DNA of 64,000 nt from Bryobacterales bacterium (GTDB taxonomy: Bacteria > Acidobacteriota > Terriglobia > Bryobacterales > UBA6623), in assembly GCA_965238125.1 (NCBI GenBank), contig OZ250179.1:5237271-5301270 (forward strand), in the 5' to 3' direction. Shown here one piece after another: positions 48,170 through 57,737 of this stretch; within the stretch, counting starts at the first letter, position 1, and the number at the start of each line of letters is the position of its first letter. The translations under genes and the position numbers were made by a program. Below the pieces are notes generated by a model, which worked only from the letters and a program-made list of their open reading frames with translations, was not told the origin of the DNA and made no database searches.

Positions 48170-49372
48170 GTGAAGGCCGCAAAGCTCACCGAGAGAAGCA
48201 TCAAGAGCCTGCCGAATCCCTCGGAAGGCAACACCGTTGCATGGGATTCGGAATTGTCGGGCTTCGGCATCCGAATCACGCGAAACGGCGCAAGGAGCTT
48301 CATCCTCAACTACCGGAATCAGGCAGGCATCCAGAGACGCCTGACGATCGGTCGGTTTCCAACGCTAAGCGCTACGGCGGCGCGACTGCGCGCACGCGAA
48401 CTGAAGGCTCAGGTCGAGTTGGGCGGCGACCCACTGGAAGTGAAACGCACGCGCCGGGGCGAGATGTCCTTCGGGGAGCTGGTGGACCTCTTCTCTAAGC
48501 GCTTGTTGGCCAATCAGAAGCGTGGATACGAGCGCGAGCGCCTTCTCCGCCGGGACGCGATCCCGTGGTTCGGCACGAAGACCAAGGCAGTCGATGTCAA
48601 GCGCCGTGATGTCATCCACCTCGTCCAAGAAAAAGCCGTCACCTCGCCGATCGCGGCCAATCGTCTTCTCGGCGCGATTCGCCGCCTTTACAATTGGGCA
48701 ATCGAGCAGGACATACTCGAGGCAAACCCGACCACGCTCATCAAACGTCCCGGGGACGAGAAATCACGTGACCGCGTCTTGTCCGATGACGAGATCGCGG
48801 CGTTCTGGGGGAAACTGCCATCGACAAGGCGGATGGGCGAAGCCGTGCGGGTTGCTCTGCGGCTCATCCTGCTGACGGCGCAGCGACCCGGTGAAACTTG
48901 TTCCATGGAGTGGGACGAATTGGACCTGGAGCTTGGCTGGTGGGCGATCCCTCGGGAAAAGACGAAAGGGGATAGGGCACACCACGTGCCGCTCAACGAT
49001 CTGGCGCTTGAAGTACTTGCCGGTTGGCCGCGCGGCGACGGCCCGTGGGTATTCCCTTCAAAACGAGGCAAGCCCTTGAAGGTCCTCGCACCCTCTCAGG
49101 CCGTGCGGCTCAACCGCGGGCACTTCGGCCTACCGCGATTCACGCCTCACGATTTGAGGCGCACGGCGGCAAGTCATCTGGGTGCGGTCGGCGTAGACCG
49201 TTTTATTCTCGGTCGCCTGCTGAATCACAGCGACCGCGAGGTCACGGGCATCTACGACCGCTATACGTACGACAAGGAGAAGAGGCGTGCGATGGAGAAG
49301 TGGGCGACGAAGCTCCGCAGAATCCTTGGGCGCGAGGTGGATCAAGAGAAAGTTGTCTCGATTGGCGACTGA
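48170..49372 (+). CDS. P4-type tyrosine integrase (DUF4102 N-terminal domain)
   Basis: 400 aa from a GTG start. LTERSIKSLPNP...VAWDSELSGFGIRITRNGARSFILNYR, ...RPGETCSMEWDELD, HVPLN, HDLRRTAASHL, LLNHSDREVTGIYDRY. Confidence 0.85.
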   Translation: MKAAKLTERSIKSLPNPSEGNTVAWDSELSGFGIRITRNGARSFILNYRNQAGIQRRLTIGRFPTLSATAARLRARELKAQVELGGDPLEVKRTRRGEMSFGELVDLFSKRLLANQKRGYERERLLRRDAIPWFGTKTKAVDVKRRDVIHLVQEKAVTSPIAANRLLGAIRRLYNWAIEQDILEANPTTLIKRPGDEKSRDRVLSDDEIAAFWGKLPSTRRMGEAVRVALRLILLTAQRPGETCSMEWDELDLELGWWAIPREKTKGDRAHHVPLNDLALEVLAGWPRGDGPWVFPSKRGKPLKVLAPSQAVRLNRGHFGLPRFTPHDLRRTAASHLGAVGVDRFILGRLLNHSDREVTGIYDRYTYDKEKRRAMEKWATKLRRILGREVDQEKVVSIGD

Positions 49373-49475
49373 TGACTGATCGCTCAGCTTCAAGGGCCGG
49401 GCTTGCCACTGCGCTTCAGAACCCCGGGCCACTTTGTCCTAAGTCTCCAGTGCGTCCTCACACGTCCTTCAGCCC

Positions 49476-49547
49476 CGATTGTTGGTGACATCCGGATATC
49501 CCGACAGTTATCCGCGAACAAGCGCTATGTAGTTCCTTTTAAGCGAC
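49476..49547 (-). repeat. Junction-module spacer block immediately downstream of kinase-TolB gene 2
   Basis: CGATTGTTGGTGACATCCGGATATCCCGACAG..AGCGCTATGTAGTTCC aligns with 8583-8650, 52336-52378, 53545-53600 and 59668-59722. Confidence 0.5.
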
Positions 49548-52186
49548 TTAGCCCTGCTCGCGGCCGCGGAATTCTTCGTACCAATTCTGTACAACGCGGA
49601 TGAGAGGTGGAGGAGGTTTCACGAGCGTCTCCACCATCACAAACCGCTGCCCATCGGCGGATACCTCGTAGTGGTGCCCTCGACCAAGGGCCGCATCCCG
49701 GTCGTCAAAGAGCCGTCTCTCTGAGCCTCGCGAAAAGGTGGGCCTTGTCGTCACGGAAACCGCCACCAGCGTGTCGCCCTCCAGGTAGAACAGCTCCTCC
49801 CCACGCCAGCGCGGCTGCCGTCCGCCATTCGTCGAGACCTGCCGTTTGCCGCCACCCCGGGGAAACGGCTGGACATAGACCTCGTGTTGACCCGATTCAT
49901 CCGATTCGTAGGCCACGAATTTCCCGTCCGGCGAGAGTTCGGGAGCGAGGACATCGAATGGGCTGTCGAGAAACACCCTCTTCTCGTAACCGGCCGCACC
50001 TTCTCTTGGCTGCATGTACCAGATGTCCGGTTCTCCGTCGCCTACCACGTATTTCCCATCCGAACTCCAATCGGTCTCCCACTCGTTTATCGGCGTCGCC
50101 AGCAGTAGTTCCGCCTGTCCACTTCCGTCGGCTGCTCTGACGAATATGTCCATATTGCCGTTGCGGGAGGATGCGAACGTAATCTTGTCGCCCTTCGGCG
50201 TCCAACTCGGTTTAGTTATATCTGACGGGTCGAAACTTAGACGGGTCTTGAGTGGCCGGGCGACGTCATGGATCCAGATGTCCCAACTTTCGTTTTCCAA
50301 GGCCCTGACAACGACACGGCTGCCGTCCGGGGAGAGAACAGGCATCTGAATGTCCCGCTGTGGCCGGCCGATGACGTCAACCTTTTTACCACTCCTGTCG
50401 CGCCAAACCACCTGCTTCAGGCCGGTCCGCGCCTCCGTGCGGTAAAGCAGCGTGCCGTCGCCGGCAATGCTGGGATAGGAGGCATTCTCTTGGATAGGAA
50501 ACGGCTCGCCGTTCGTCGTCAAGGTCTCAACGGAAAAGGGCAAAGCCCAAAGCTCAGTAGCCCTCTGGTACACAATATGCCCGTCGGAGAATAGAAAGGC
50601 CGGTTTCCGAAGGCTATTACCTCTCGCTTGCCGCTCTCCAGGTTCTGCAGCACGAGGCGCTCTTCCTGTTGCTCGCTGATGACAAAGAGTAGGCTGCCGC
50701 TGCCGGCTTCCTGAGGCAAGAAATGGGGGCTCACAAATAATTGCCGCTGTTCTGACTCCTCCGGCTCGAACAAGAGCTTGGGCGTCCCTCCTTGGGAGGG
50801 TATTTGATACAACCTCTCCGGGGCGCCCCCGCTGAAGACGATCGTGTTGCCGTCCGGGCTCCAAGCACCACCCATAAAGCCCAACCCATCTTGACCGGGC
50901 AGTTCACACAAGATGGTGCCGGGACCACCTTGAACCGACACCTTCTTCAGCTCCCCCCCAGAACGGAAGGCAATGAAATTGCTGTCTGCGGACCAGAATG
51001 GGTATAAGTATTGTCCGGGCCCCCCAACTTGCCGCAGCTCGTCTCGACCAAGGTCTTGGACCCAGAGAGAACGCGGAGTGGTGATGCTGGAGAAGTATGC
51101 AATGCGCCGCCCGTCGGGAGAGATGACAGGATTCCGGAAGAGATCCTCAGGCGCGAAGGTGAATCTCCGCAGAGGCAACTCCGGCGTTGATTCGGGCGCT
51201 CGGAGCCACAATCCCAGACTGATTCCGACCGCCCCAACCAGAAACACCACTGCCGCCGAAACCGCTTTGGAACGTGCAGGCTTCCTCGTTGCTTCCTCGG
51301 CCGAGCGAAGGGCTCGCGGCGCCGCAACAACCAGGCGCTTTGGCGCCGCCGCTGTTTTGGCTTTCCCCGAAGCCAGCTTCTTGCCCAGGGAGCGCAGGTC
51401 AACCAGAATATCTTCGACATGTTGATAGCGGTCGGGTGCTTCCTTAGCCAAAGCCTTGCCAACGATGAACTCCAACTCCATCGGCAGGCCCGCCCGCAAG
51501 GCGGTGATGGGTTCCGGCTCTTCATTGCCGATCGCATACAACACAGCTTCTTGCCGCTCGCCGCCAAACGGCAAGCGACCCGTCACCATCTCGTAGATCA
51601 CCACTCCCAGCGACCAAACATCGGTGCGCCGATCGGTCGGTTGCCGCAGCGCTTGTTCCGGCGACATGTAGGCCGGCGTTCCCAGGATCGTCGCCGTCTT
51701 TGTGAGTCTCGATTGCTCAGCGAGTTGCGCGAGGCCGAAGTCCATGATCTTGACCTGGCCGTCCTCGGTCAGCATCAAGTTAGCCGGTTTGATATCGCGG
51801 TGAACAATGCCCTTTTGGTGAGCCGCCTTCAAACCCTCGGCCGTCTGGGTGGCGATGTCGATCGCCTCTTCGAGCTTGAGCGGACGGTCGCCGATCTTGT
51901 CCTTGAGGGTTCGGCCAGCAACAAAGGCCATGGCGAGGAACGTTTGCTCCTCGGCCTCGTCGATCTCGTAGACGGTGCAGATATTCGGGTGGTCGAGCGC
52001 AGCGGCGGCCCGAGCCTCGCGAAGGAAACGCTCGCTGGCCTCGGCGTCTTCCGTGACTTCAGACCGCAGGAATTTCAGGGCGACAGACCGTTGAAGTTTG
52101 GTGTCTTCGGCTTTGTAGACGACACCCATACCGCCCCGGCCGAGTTCGGAGAGGATCTTGTAGTGGGAGATCGTTTGGCCGACCAT
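49548..52186 (-). pseudogene. Ser/Thr protein kinase + TM + TolB-like beta-propeller (paralog 2) with a frameshift
   Basis: [43 protein letters not shown]. Two overlapping ORFs (50519-52186, 49548-50864) join as ...GNRPFYSPTG|HIVYQRATELWALPFS... near 50573-50584. Ends LIRVVQNWYEEFRGREQG-stop. Confidence 0.85.
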
Positions 52187-52400
52187 GACAGCCCGATTCT
52201 ACCGTGATACAGATACCTGGTGATAACAATCGATGTCACAAACAGAAGGATTATTTTCGCCCAAGACGCCGCCCGGCGACGGTTTGCGACTCCGGCACGA
52301 CGTTCCGCCACGCTCCAGCGTGCGAAAGCGAGTGCCATCCGGATTTCCCGACAGTGGTCCGTGCATCAGCGCTATGTACCGGGCACCGTTTTCACATCCT
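52187..52400 (-). promoter_or_regulatory. Conserved kinase leader/junction module
   Basis: TAGAAT (minus) 52201-52196 with 9 nt to ATG 52186. Box TGATAACAATCGATGTCACA at 52221-52240. Spacer block CCGGATTTCCCGACAG..CAGCGCTATGTAC at 52336-52378. Confidence 0.55.
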
Positions 52401-52475
52401 CGCTCGATCGAGAAGACAGCAGCCGAGATCGGGTCCTAGATGCGGCCGCGGTGTGGCGCGAGCAGAGTAGCCATA

Positions 52476-53330
52476 ATGTCTTACATGCAACAGCTCCTTG
52501 CTTTTCTCTGCCTGACATTAGCTATTGGCGTGCCCGTCGCCGCGCAGCCGGCAGGTTGGACACAGCCTTTTCCCGGCCATCGCGTGATCGGCAACCTCTA
52601 CGCCGTCGGGACCTACGACCTGGGTGTGTTTCTCGTCACGTCATCGAAGGGGCACTTCTTGATCAATACGGGACTCGACGACTCGACGCCGCTGATCCGT
52701 AGGAATGTCGAGTCGCTGGGCTTTCGGCTGGAGGACGTCAAGATCCTGCTGACGATGCAAGCTCATTGGGACCATACGGCCGCGCTCGCCGAGATCAAGG
52801 AGATGATCGGCGCGGAGATGTGGGCGACTGCCGGCGACGCACCCGTTCTGGAAGATGGGGGTTTCAGCGATCCGCATTTCGGCGGAAAGGTGTCGTTCAA
52901 GCCGGTCAAGGTAGATCGGATTATCAAGGACGGCGAGGTGATCAAGCTGGGCGATAAGCAGTTGACCGTCGTGGAGACCCGCGGACACACGACGGGAAGT
53001 GTGAGCTATGCGATGAAGGTAAGCGAAGGCGGCCGCGACTACGACGTCGCGATCGCGAATATGGCTACGATCAACGCCGGCAAGCGGCTGGTGGTCGATC
53101 CGACGTACCCCGGTGTGGCGGAAGATTTCGTCGAGACGTTTCGCAAGCAGAAGGCAATGCCCGTCGAAGTGTGGGTCGCGGCACACGGCTCGCAATACGG
53201 CTTACACAATAAGTACAAGGCGGGGCAAGCCTACAGCGCCGAGACGTTTGTCGATCCGGAGGGCTATCGGGCCGCGGTACGGAGCTACGAGAAACTGTAT
53301 TTGGAGCAGGTGGCGGCGGAACGGCGCTGA
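52476..53330 (+). CDS. Subclass B3 metallo-beta-lactamase-fold hydrolase (Gln at the first zinc-ligand position)
   Basis: ATG 52476 (signal MSYMQQLLAFLCLTLAIGVPVAAQP). LLTMQAHWDH instead of HxHxDH, ETRGHTTGS, VWVAAHGSQ; the overall layout resembles L1/GOB-type B3 enzymes. Confidence 0.8.
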   Translation: MSYMQQLLAFLCLTLAIGVPVAAQPAGWTQPFPGHRVIGNLYAVGTYDLGVFLVTSSKGHFLINTGLDDSTPLIRRNVESLGFRLEDVKILLTMQAHWDHTAALAEIKEMIGAEMWATAGDAPVLEDGGFSDPHFGGKVSFKPVKVDRIIKDGEVIKLGDKQLTVVETRGHTTGSVSYAMKVSEGGRDYDVAIANMATINAGKRLVVDPTYPGVAEDFVETFRKQKAMPVEVWVAAHGSQYGLHNKYKAGQAYSAETFVDPEGYRAAVRSYEKLYLEQVAAERR

Positions 53331-53539
53331 GGGTCCATTTGAGCCTTCGGGTCTAAGCGGTTGAATCCCGAGTTCGCGTTTGTACTGGTAGCGCATAGAG
53401 GCGTTGTGCGGCTGCCGTAAATTCTCAAGGATTGCGACAGACTGCCGCAATCTTACACGGGCATCGTACAGGAAATAAAGAACTTAGGGAAGAGTCGGCC
53501 GTGGAAGCGTCGCCATTAAGGGGGGAAGGCGACGGGGAT

Positions 53540-53660
53540 TGTTGTACGGAACCGGATATCCCAACACCTATATTCAAACGGGCTCTATCTAGTTCAGCCT
53601 TTGAGGCTTAGAGCCTTAGTCCTGCTCGCGGTCGCGGAACTCTTCGTACCACTTTCTGGA
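53540..53660 (-). repeat. Solo junction scrap: last ~14 codons of a kinase-TolB gene + spacer block
   Basis: The minus strand reads ...[13 protein letters not shown]-stop (53616-53618), followed by GGCTCTAAGCCTCAAAGGCTGAACTAGATAGAGCCC...GGGATATCCGGTTCC. Confidence 0.5.
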
Positions 53661-53765
53661 TCGTAGCTGGCTGAAGTGCGGCTCTCCCTCTACCGATCCG
53701 CGCGTGTCCTCCAATTTGTCAGCACGAGAAGAGGTTAGTCCGTGGATCGGTAAACGGTTTTGTGC

Positions 53766-56070
53766 TCACTGTTCGAATAGCACCGGCAGATTCAACGGCG
53801 GATTCCGGCTGCCTTCGAAGTCGATCACCAGGGGCATGGTCGGCCCTGTTGTCACCAGGCTTTCCGGCAGTTGAATGTTGATCTGCGCGAGGCCCGCGAA
53901 GCGCGGCGTCAGGCCGGCGAACAAGACCTTCGCAGCCTCGCCGCCAACTGTGACCACGGGTGTCACCCGCGCCCGAGCGAGCGGCGAATCCGCTGTAGCC
54001 GCGCCCGTCGCGGGCGGATTGCTGACGCCGCCGATGCCGGTCACGAAGATGATGAGAACATCTCCCGGCTTGGCGGGATTAGCGGCGGTGATCAGCGCCT
54101 CGTCCGGGTGACGCTGGATGATCGGTTCGCCGCTGTTGGGGTTGATGAATACAGCCGGCGCGAACTCCGCCATCAGGACGGGCTCAATCGGGCTGTCTTC
54201 TCCATTACGCGTCACCACCACGTTGACTTGCCCGGGCGAGGTGACCTCGAAGGGAACCTGGAAGTTGATCTGTTTGGGCGAGACGAAGATCAGCGGCGCC
54301 TCCCAGCCGTCCAGGCGCACGCGAGCACCGCCCAACTCGAACGGTAGAGGCAGGTCTCCTCGGCCTTGAGCATATCGTCCGCCAGCTCGGCCCCGAAGAT
54401 GCTGCCGATCCCGCCAGGGGCGACAACCGCCTGGAATTGCGCCGCATCCACGATGCCAGCGGGCAAGATCGCCGGCGTTGTCGGGGGTTCCACGCCGCTG
54501 CCTTCCAAGGCGATCTCGACTCGCGGGCGGTTCGGATCATTCGACGAGATGATCAGCCGTCCGGTGAAATCGCCCAGCGACGGCGGGTCAAAAGCGATAG
54601 AGGGCGTAACCTGCTGCCCAGGGTTCAGCGTCAGTGCCTCCTGGCTGACGGGCGCCGGTGTCAGCGCCGCTACATCGGGGTCTTGGCGGAAGGCGTCGCC
54701 TTCGATAGTCAGTTCGACGCTCATCTCCACCTGGCTGCGGTTGATGATTTCAATCGGCAAGGCCACGGGTTCTCCAACCGGCGTGTCGCCGAAGTCCAGG
54801 GTTTCCGATTCCACGCCGACGAAGAGAATCGGCTGCTCCGGATCAAGTCCGGTGGCCTGCAGCATCACGTCCAGCGTCGGCTGGTCCGCGGCGTTCGAGG
54901 TCAGCGTCAGCGTTCCCGTTTCCTTCCCGGTCATGCCAGGGGTGAACTCAACGACAAAATCTCGCGACGTGCCGGCGCGCACCTGCATCGGCAGGTTCGA
55001 CAGCACCTGAAAGGCCGGGTTGTCTATGCCGGCGGAGTCGATCACCAGCGGACCCGTTCCGAGGCTCCTCACCTTGACGACGCCTTCGCTCAATTGCCCA
55101 ACGGGAGCGACGCCGAGGTCGGCCGGCGCGTCCACGGCAATGGCAGGCCTCTGAACGACGTTGAGCGGTCCGATCGTCTGTTCGGTCGTGTGGAAGCCGT
55201 CCGAGGCCTGCACCCGGAACAGCACGTTCTCGCCGCCTTCGATCAGAGCCGCGTTGAACGTCAAGGAGCTTCCCACGATATCGACGCCCAAGGGTAGCCA
55301 ACTTCCCCCGCCGTCGGGACTGTAGAGCGCGGCGAAAGTCAAAAGGTCGCCGTCCGCGTCGGAAGCTGTCCAAGCGATCGTGAGCGGCGTCGAAGCATCG
55401 AGGCTCGCGCCCGCGGTTGGCGAAGTGATCGCAAGCAACGGCGGGCTCGCGCTTGCGATGAGACTTGCTAACTCGTTGCTCCCTTGCATCAGGGCGATGA
55501 GGGTGCCGTCGGCGTGGTAAGGGAGAGCCGCTACGAAGGGCTGTTCGGAGCCGCCGCTGAAATCGGCGTCAAAGCAAGAGCGCTCGAGAACTCCGCCCCC
55601 GTTGCTCAGTTCGACGCAGCAATCTCCCGACTGTGGTCCGGGGGCAAGGAGCTTCGAGGCAGGGGCCCGATAGGCTGGATCGAGGCTCCCGCTCCCACCG
55701 CTGCGGACCGTTCCGCCGATGAGGAAAAACTCGCCGGGGTCGGCTTGCTGTTTTTCACGAAATGGCTGCCCGAGCGCCGCCGCCGAAAGCGGCGCGGCAA
55801 CAAACGGCCCGGTTAAAATTGTCTGAAAGAGGTTGATGTAGCTCGCGCCGGAAATCCAGCGATCGTCGCAAAACAGCTCCTTGACAACGAGTCCACCTTG
55901 GCTATCCAGGCCGAGTGCCGTGGGAAACTCGATACTACCCAAAGCCGGGCAAGGCCCGAGGACGTCTTCTGTCAGCACTTCGAATTCCCTAGCCAGCGCT
56001 ACAGCCAGTTCGATTTCCGCCTTCTCCCGCGGTCCCTCCGGCACGATAAAACTACCAAACACACTCTTGA
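53766..56070 (-). pseudogene. Large secreted protein, C-terminal part (choice-of-anchor-D/ASH-like Ig repeats + TIGR03437-type C-terminal domain), 3' of the IS1380 insertion
   Basis: ...LVIDSAGIDNPAFQVL...TLTLTSNAADQPTLDV..., ...IVDAAQFQAVVAPGGIGSIFGAELA... then (-1 shift near 54350-54360) ...LPLPFELGGARVRLDGWEAPLIFVSPKQINFQVP...AGLTPRFAGLAQINIQLP. The first 29 codons of track ORF 54290-56158 are IS sequence. Confidence 0.8.
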
Positions 56071-57737
56071 GCCAGGATTTCCATTTTGGCCCTGGCACGG
56101 TCACAGGATACACCCCCGCTGCGCCGAATACCACGTCTTTTCGCGCTGAACCCTGCACATCACCTCCGCCGGTAGGCGCCAGGGCTCGTCCGTCCGCTCA
56201 CAGACGTTGATTGAGCGGACTGAACGGCGCTCCGGCCGACACTGCTCCCTGCGAAACCTTTTTGGAGCCAAAAACTGTTGATCCTCGCCCGGGCAACGCT
56301 ACCCACCCGGCACAGGCAGCGCCCAGATCCTATGCAGCATGTCGCCGAACAGCCGCCGGTTCAGATGTCCTTCGGCCAACAGCAGCCAATAGTACCGCGC
56401 ATGCTTGACCAGCCTACCGCCCGTCTTCATCAGCCGCTGTTGCAAGCTCGTCAGCGACCAGCTCTTGATCCGTTGCGGCAGCCCGAGCCTCCGCCATAGG
56501 TTCCCCAGGTTATAGGCCAGCACGCTGAGTTGCAGTCGCACTTCGTTGGCCCGGAACCGATGGCATGACAGCCTTGTCCAATGCGTCGCTTGTTTGCCTT
56601 CCTTGATCCACTGCTCCGCCGTGCCGCGCTTGTTGTAGAACCGCACCAGCGAGCGGCTCGGCAAGGCCATGCTCGTGACGATGAAACCGACGCGAGGAAA
56701 CAACTCACCTTGGTGATGCTCGACCTTCGCAACAACCCGCCGGGACTTCGACCAACTCGCGGCCTGATACCGAAAGCTCCTGTAGCGCACCAGGGGCTTT
56801 GCGCTCGGCCTGCCCGGCGGACGAAACACGATATCTTCGATCTCCAGCTCCAGGCTCTTGTTGGCCGGGATGCGAATCACGTAGTCCACGCCGCGCTCCT
56901 CCAACGTCTCGTAAATATCCGGCTTGGTGAAGGCGGCATCGGCCCGGAACGTCACCTGTTTGCCCTCCGCCTGTTGGCGTTCGATTTCCGGCAGCAGCAG
57001 CTCGTCCCAGTCCTCGGCGCTGGACACGTTGCCCGGTCGCAACTTTGCCGCCAAGCAATCGCCGTGCTGGTTGAACAGCAACAGTGGGTGGTAGCAGACC
57101 GACTCGAAGTGGCCGTTGTAGGCGCTGCCTTCCTGCCGGCCGTGGACGGGGCTCTCGGTAGAGTCCATGTCCAGCACGACGCACGCGGAGTCATCACCGG
57201 CCTCGGCTTGCGCGATCAACTCGCGGTTCACCGCCATCAGCCCGATCAGATTCTCGTCGCCGGCGAGCATGGCGGTCTCGAAGCTCTGCAGCCGGGAGGT
57301 CAGCGCCGCGCCGCGATCCCAGTTCTTCTTCGAGCCAATCAGCCGAAAGGTTGGATCGGCGGAGACACGAACGGCGTCGTTGAGATCCTCGTAGCCCGCC
57401 AAGCGGGAGTAGACCGACTGTCGCAGCAGATCGACGAACGGGAACTTCTTGTTCGAGCCTTGCCGCGAATCCGTCAGATGCTCGTCTATCAGCTTGCCTA
57501 GTCCGAGTCGTTCGTCCAGTTCGCGAATGAGAATCAGCCCGCCATCCGAGGTGACTCGCGATCCTTGGAAATCGACCTTGAGAAATCCATTGAAGGTGAG
57601 CTGAAACGGTTTGTTTTCTTTTTCACCCATTGGGTGTTGATCTCCTCAGCGCCTTGAGTGCTTTCAAGCCCGCATAAATAAAGGCGTCCGAGTCCACCCG
57701 ATGGTTAGCAGAACCGAAACTAAAGTGGAAATCCGGG
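56071..57737 (-). mobile_element. IS1380-family insertion sequence, copy B (1667 bp)
   Basis: Same ends as copy A. 4-bp duplication TTGA at 56067-56070 and 57738-57741. Three amino-acid differences from the copy A transposase. Confidence 0.9.
56299..57630 (-). CDS. IS1380-family DDE transposase
   Basis: 443 aa, 440/443 identical to 32047-33378. Confidence 0.9.
   Translation of the reverse strand: MGEKENKPFQLTFNGFLKVDFQGSRVTSDGGLILIRELDERLGLGKLIDEHLTDSRQGSNKKFPFVDLLRQSVYSRLAGYEDLNDAVRVSADPTFRLIGSKKNWDRGAALTSRLQSFETAMLAGDENLIGLMAVNRELIAQAEAGDDSACVVLDMDSTESPVHGRQEGSAYNGHFESVCYHPLLLFNQHGDCLAAKLRPGNVSSAEDWDELLLPEIERQQAEGKQVTFRADAAFTKPDIYETLEERGVDYVIRIPANKSLELEIEDIVFRPPGRPSAKPLVRYRSFRYQAASWSKSRRVVAKVEHHQGELFPRVGFIVTSMALPSRSLVRFYNKRGTAEQWIKEGKQATHWTRLSCHRFRANEVRLQLSVLAYNLGNLWRRLGLPQRIKSWSLTSLQQRLMKTGGRLVKHARYYWLLLAEGHLNRRLFGDMLHRIWALPVPGG

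Noticed and set aside
31940-57737. Two inverted IS1380 copies as a 25.8-kb composite transposon carrying the recombinase, radical SAM, DUF1549/DUF1501 operon, kinase and MBL genes.
   Set aside because: Each copy has its own matching 4-bp duplication (TTGG/TTGG and TTGA/TTGA). The outer flanks do not match each other, so the copies inserted independently.
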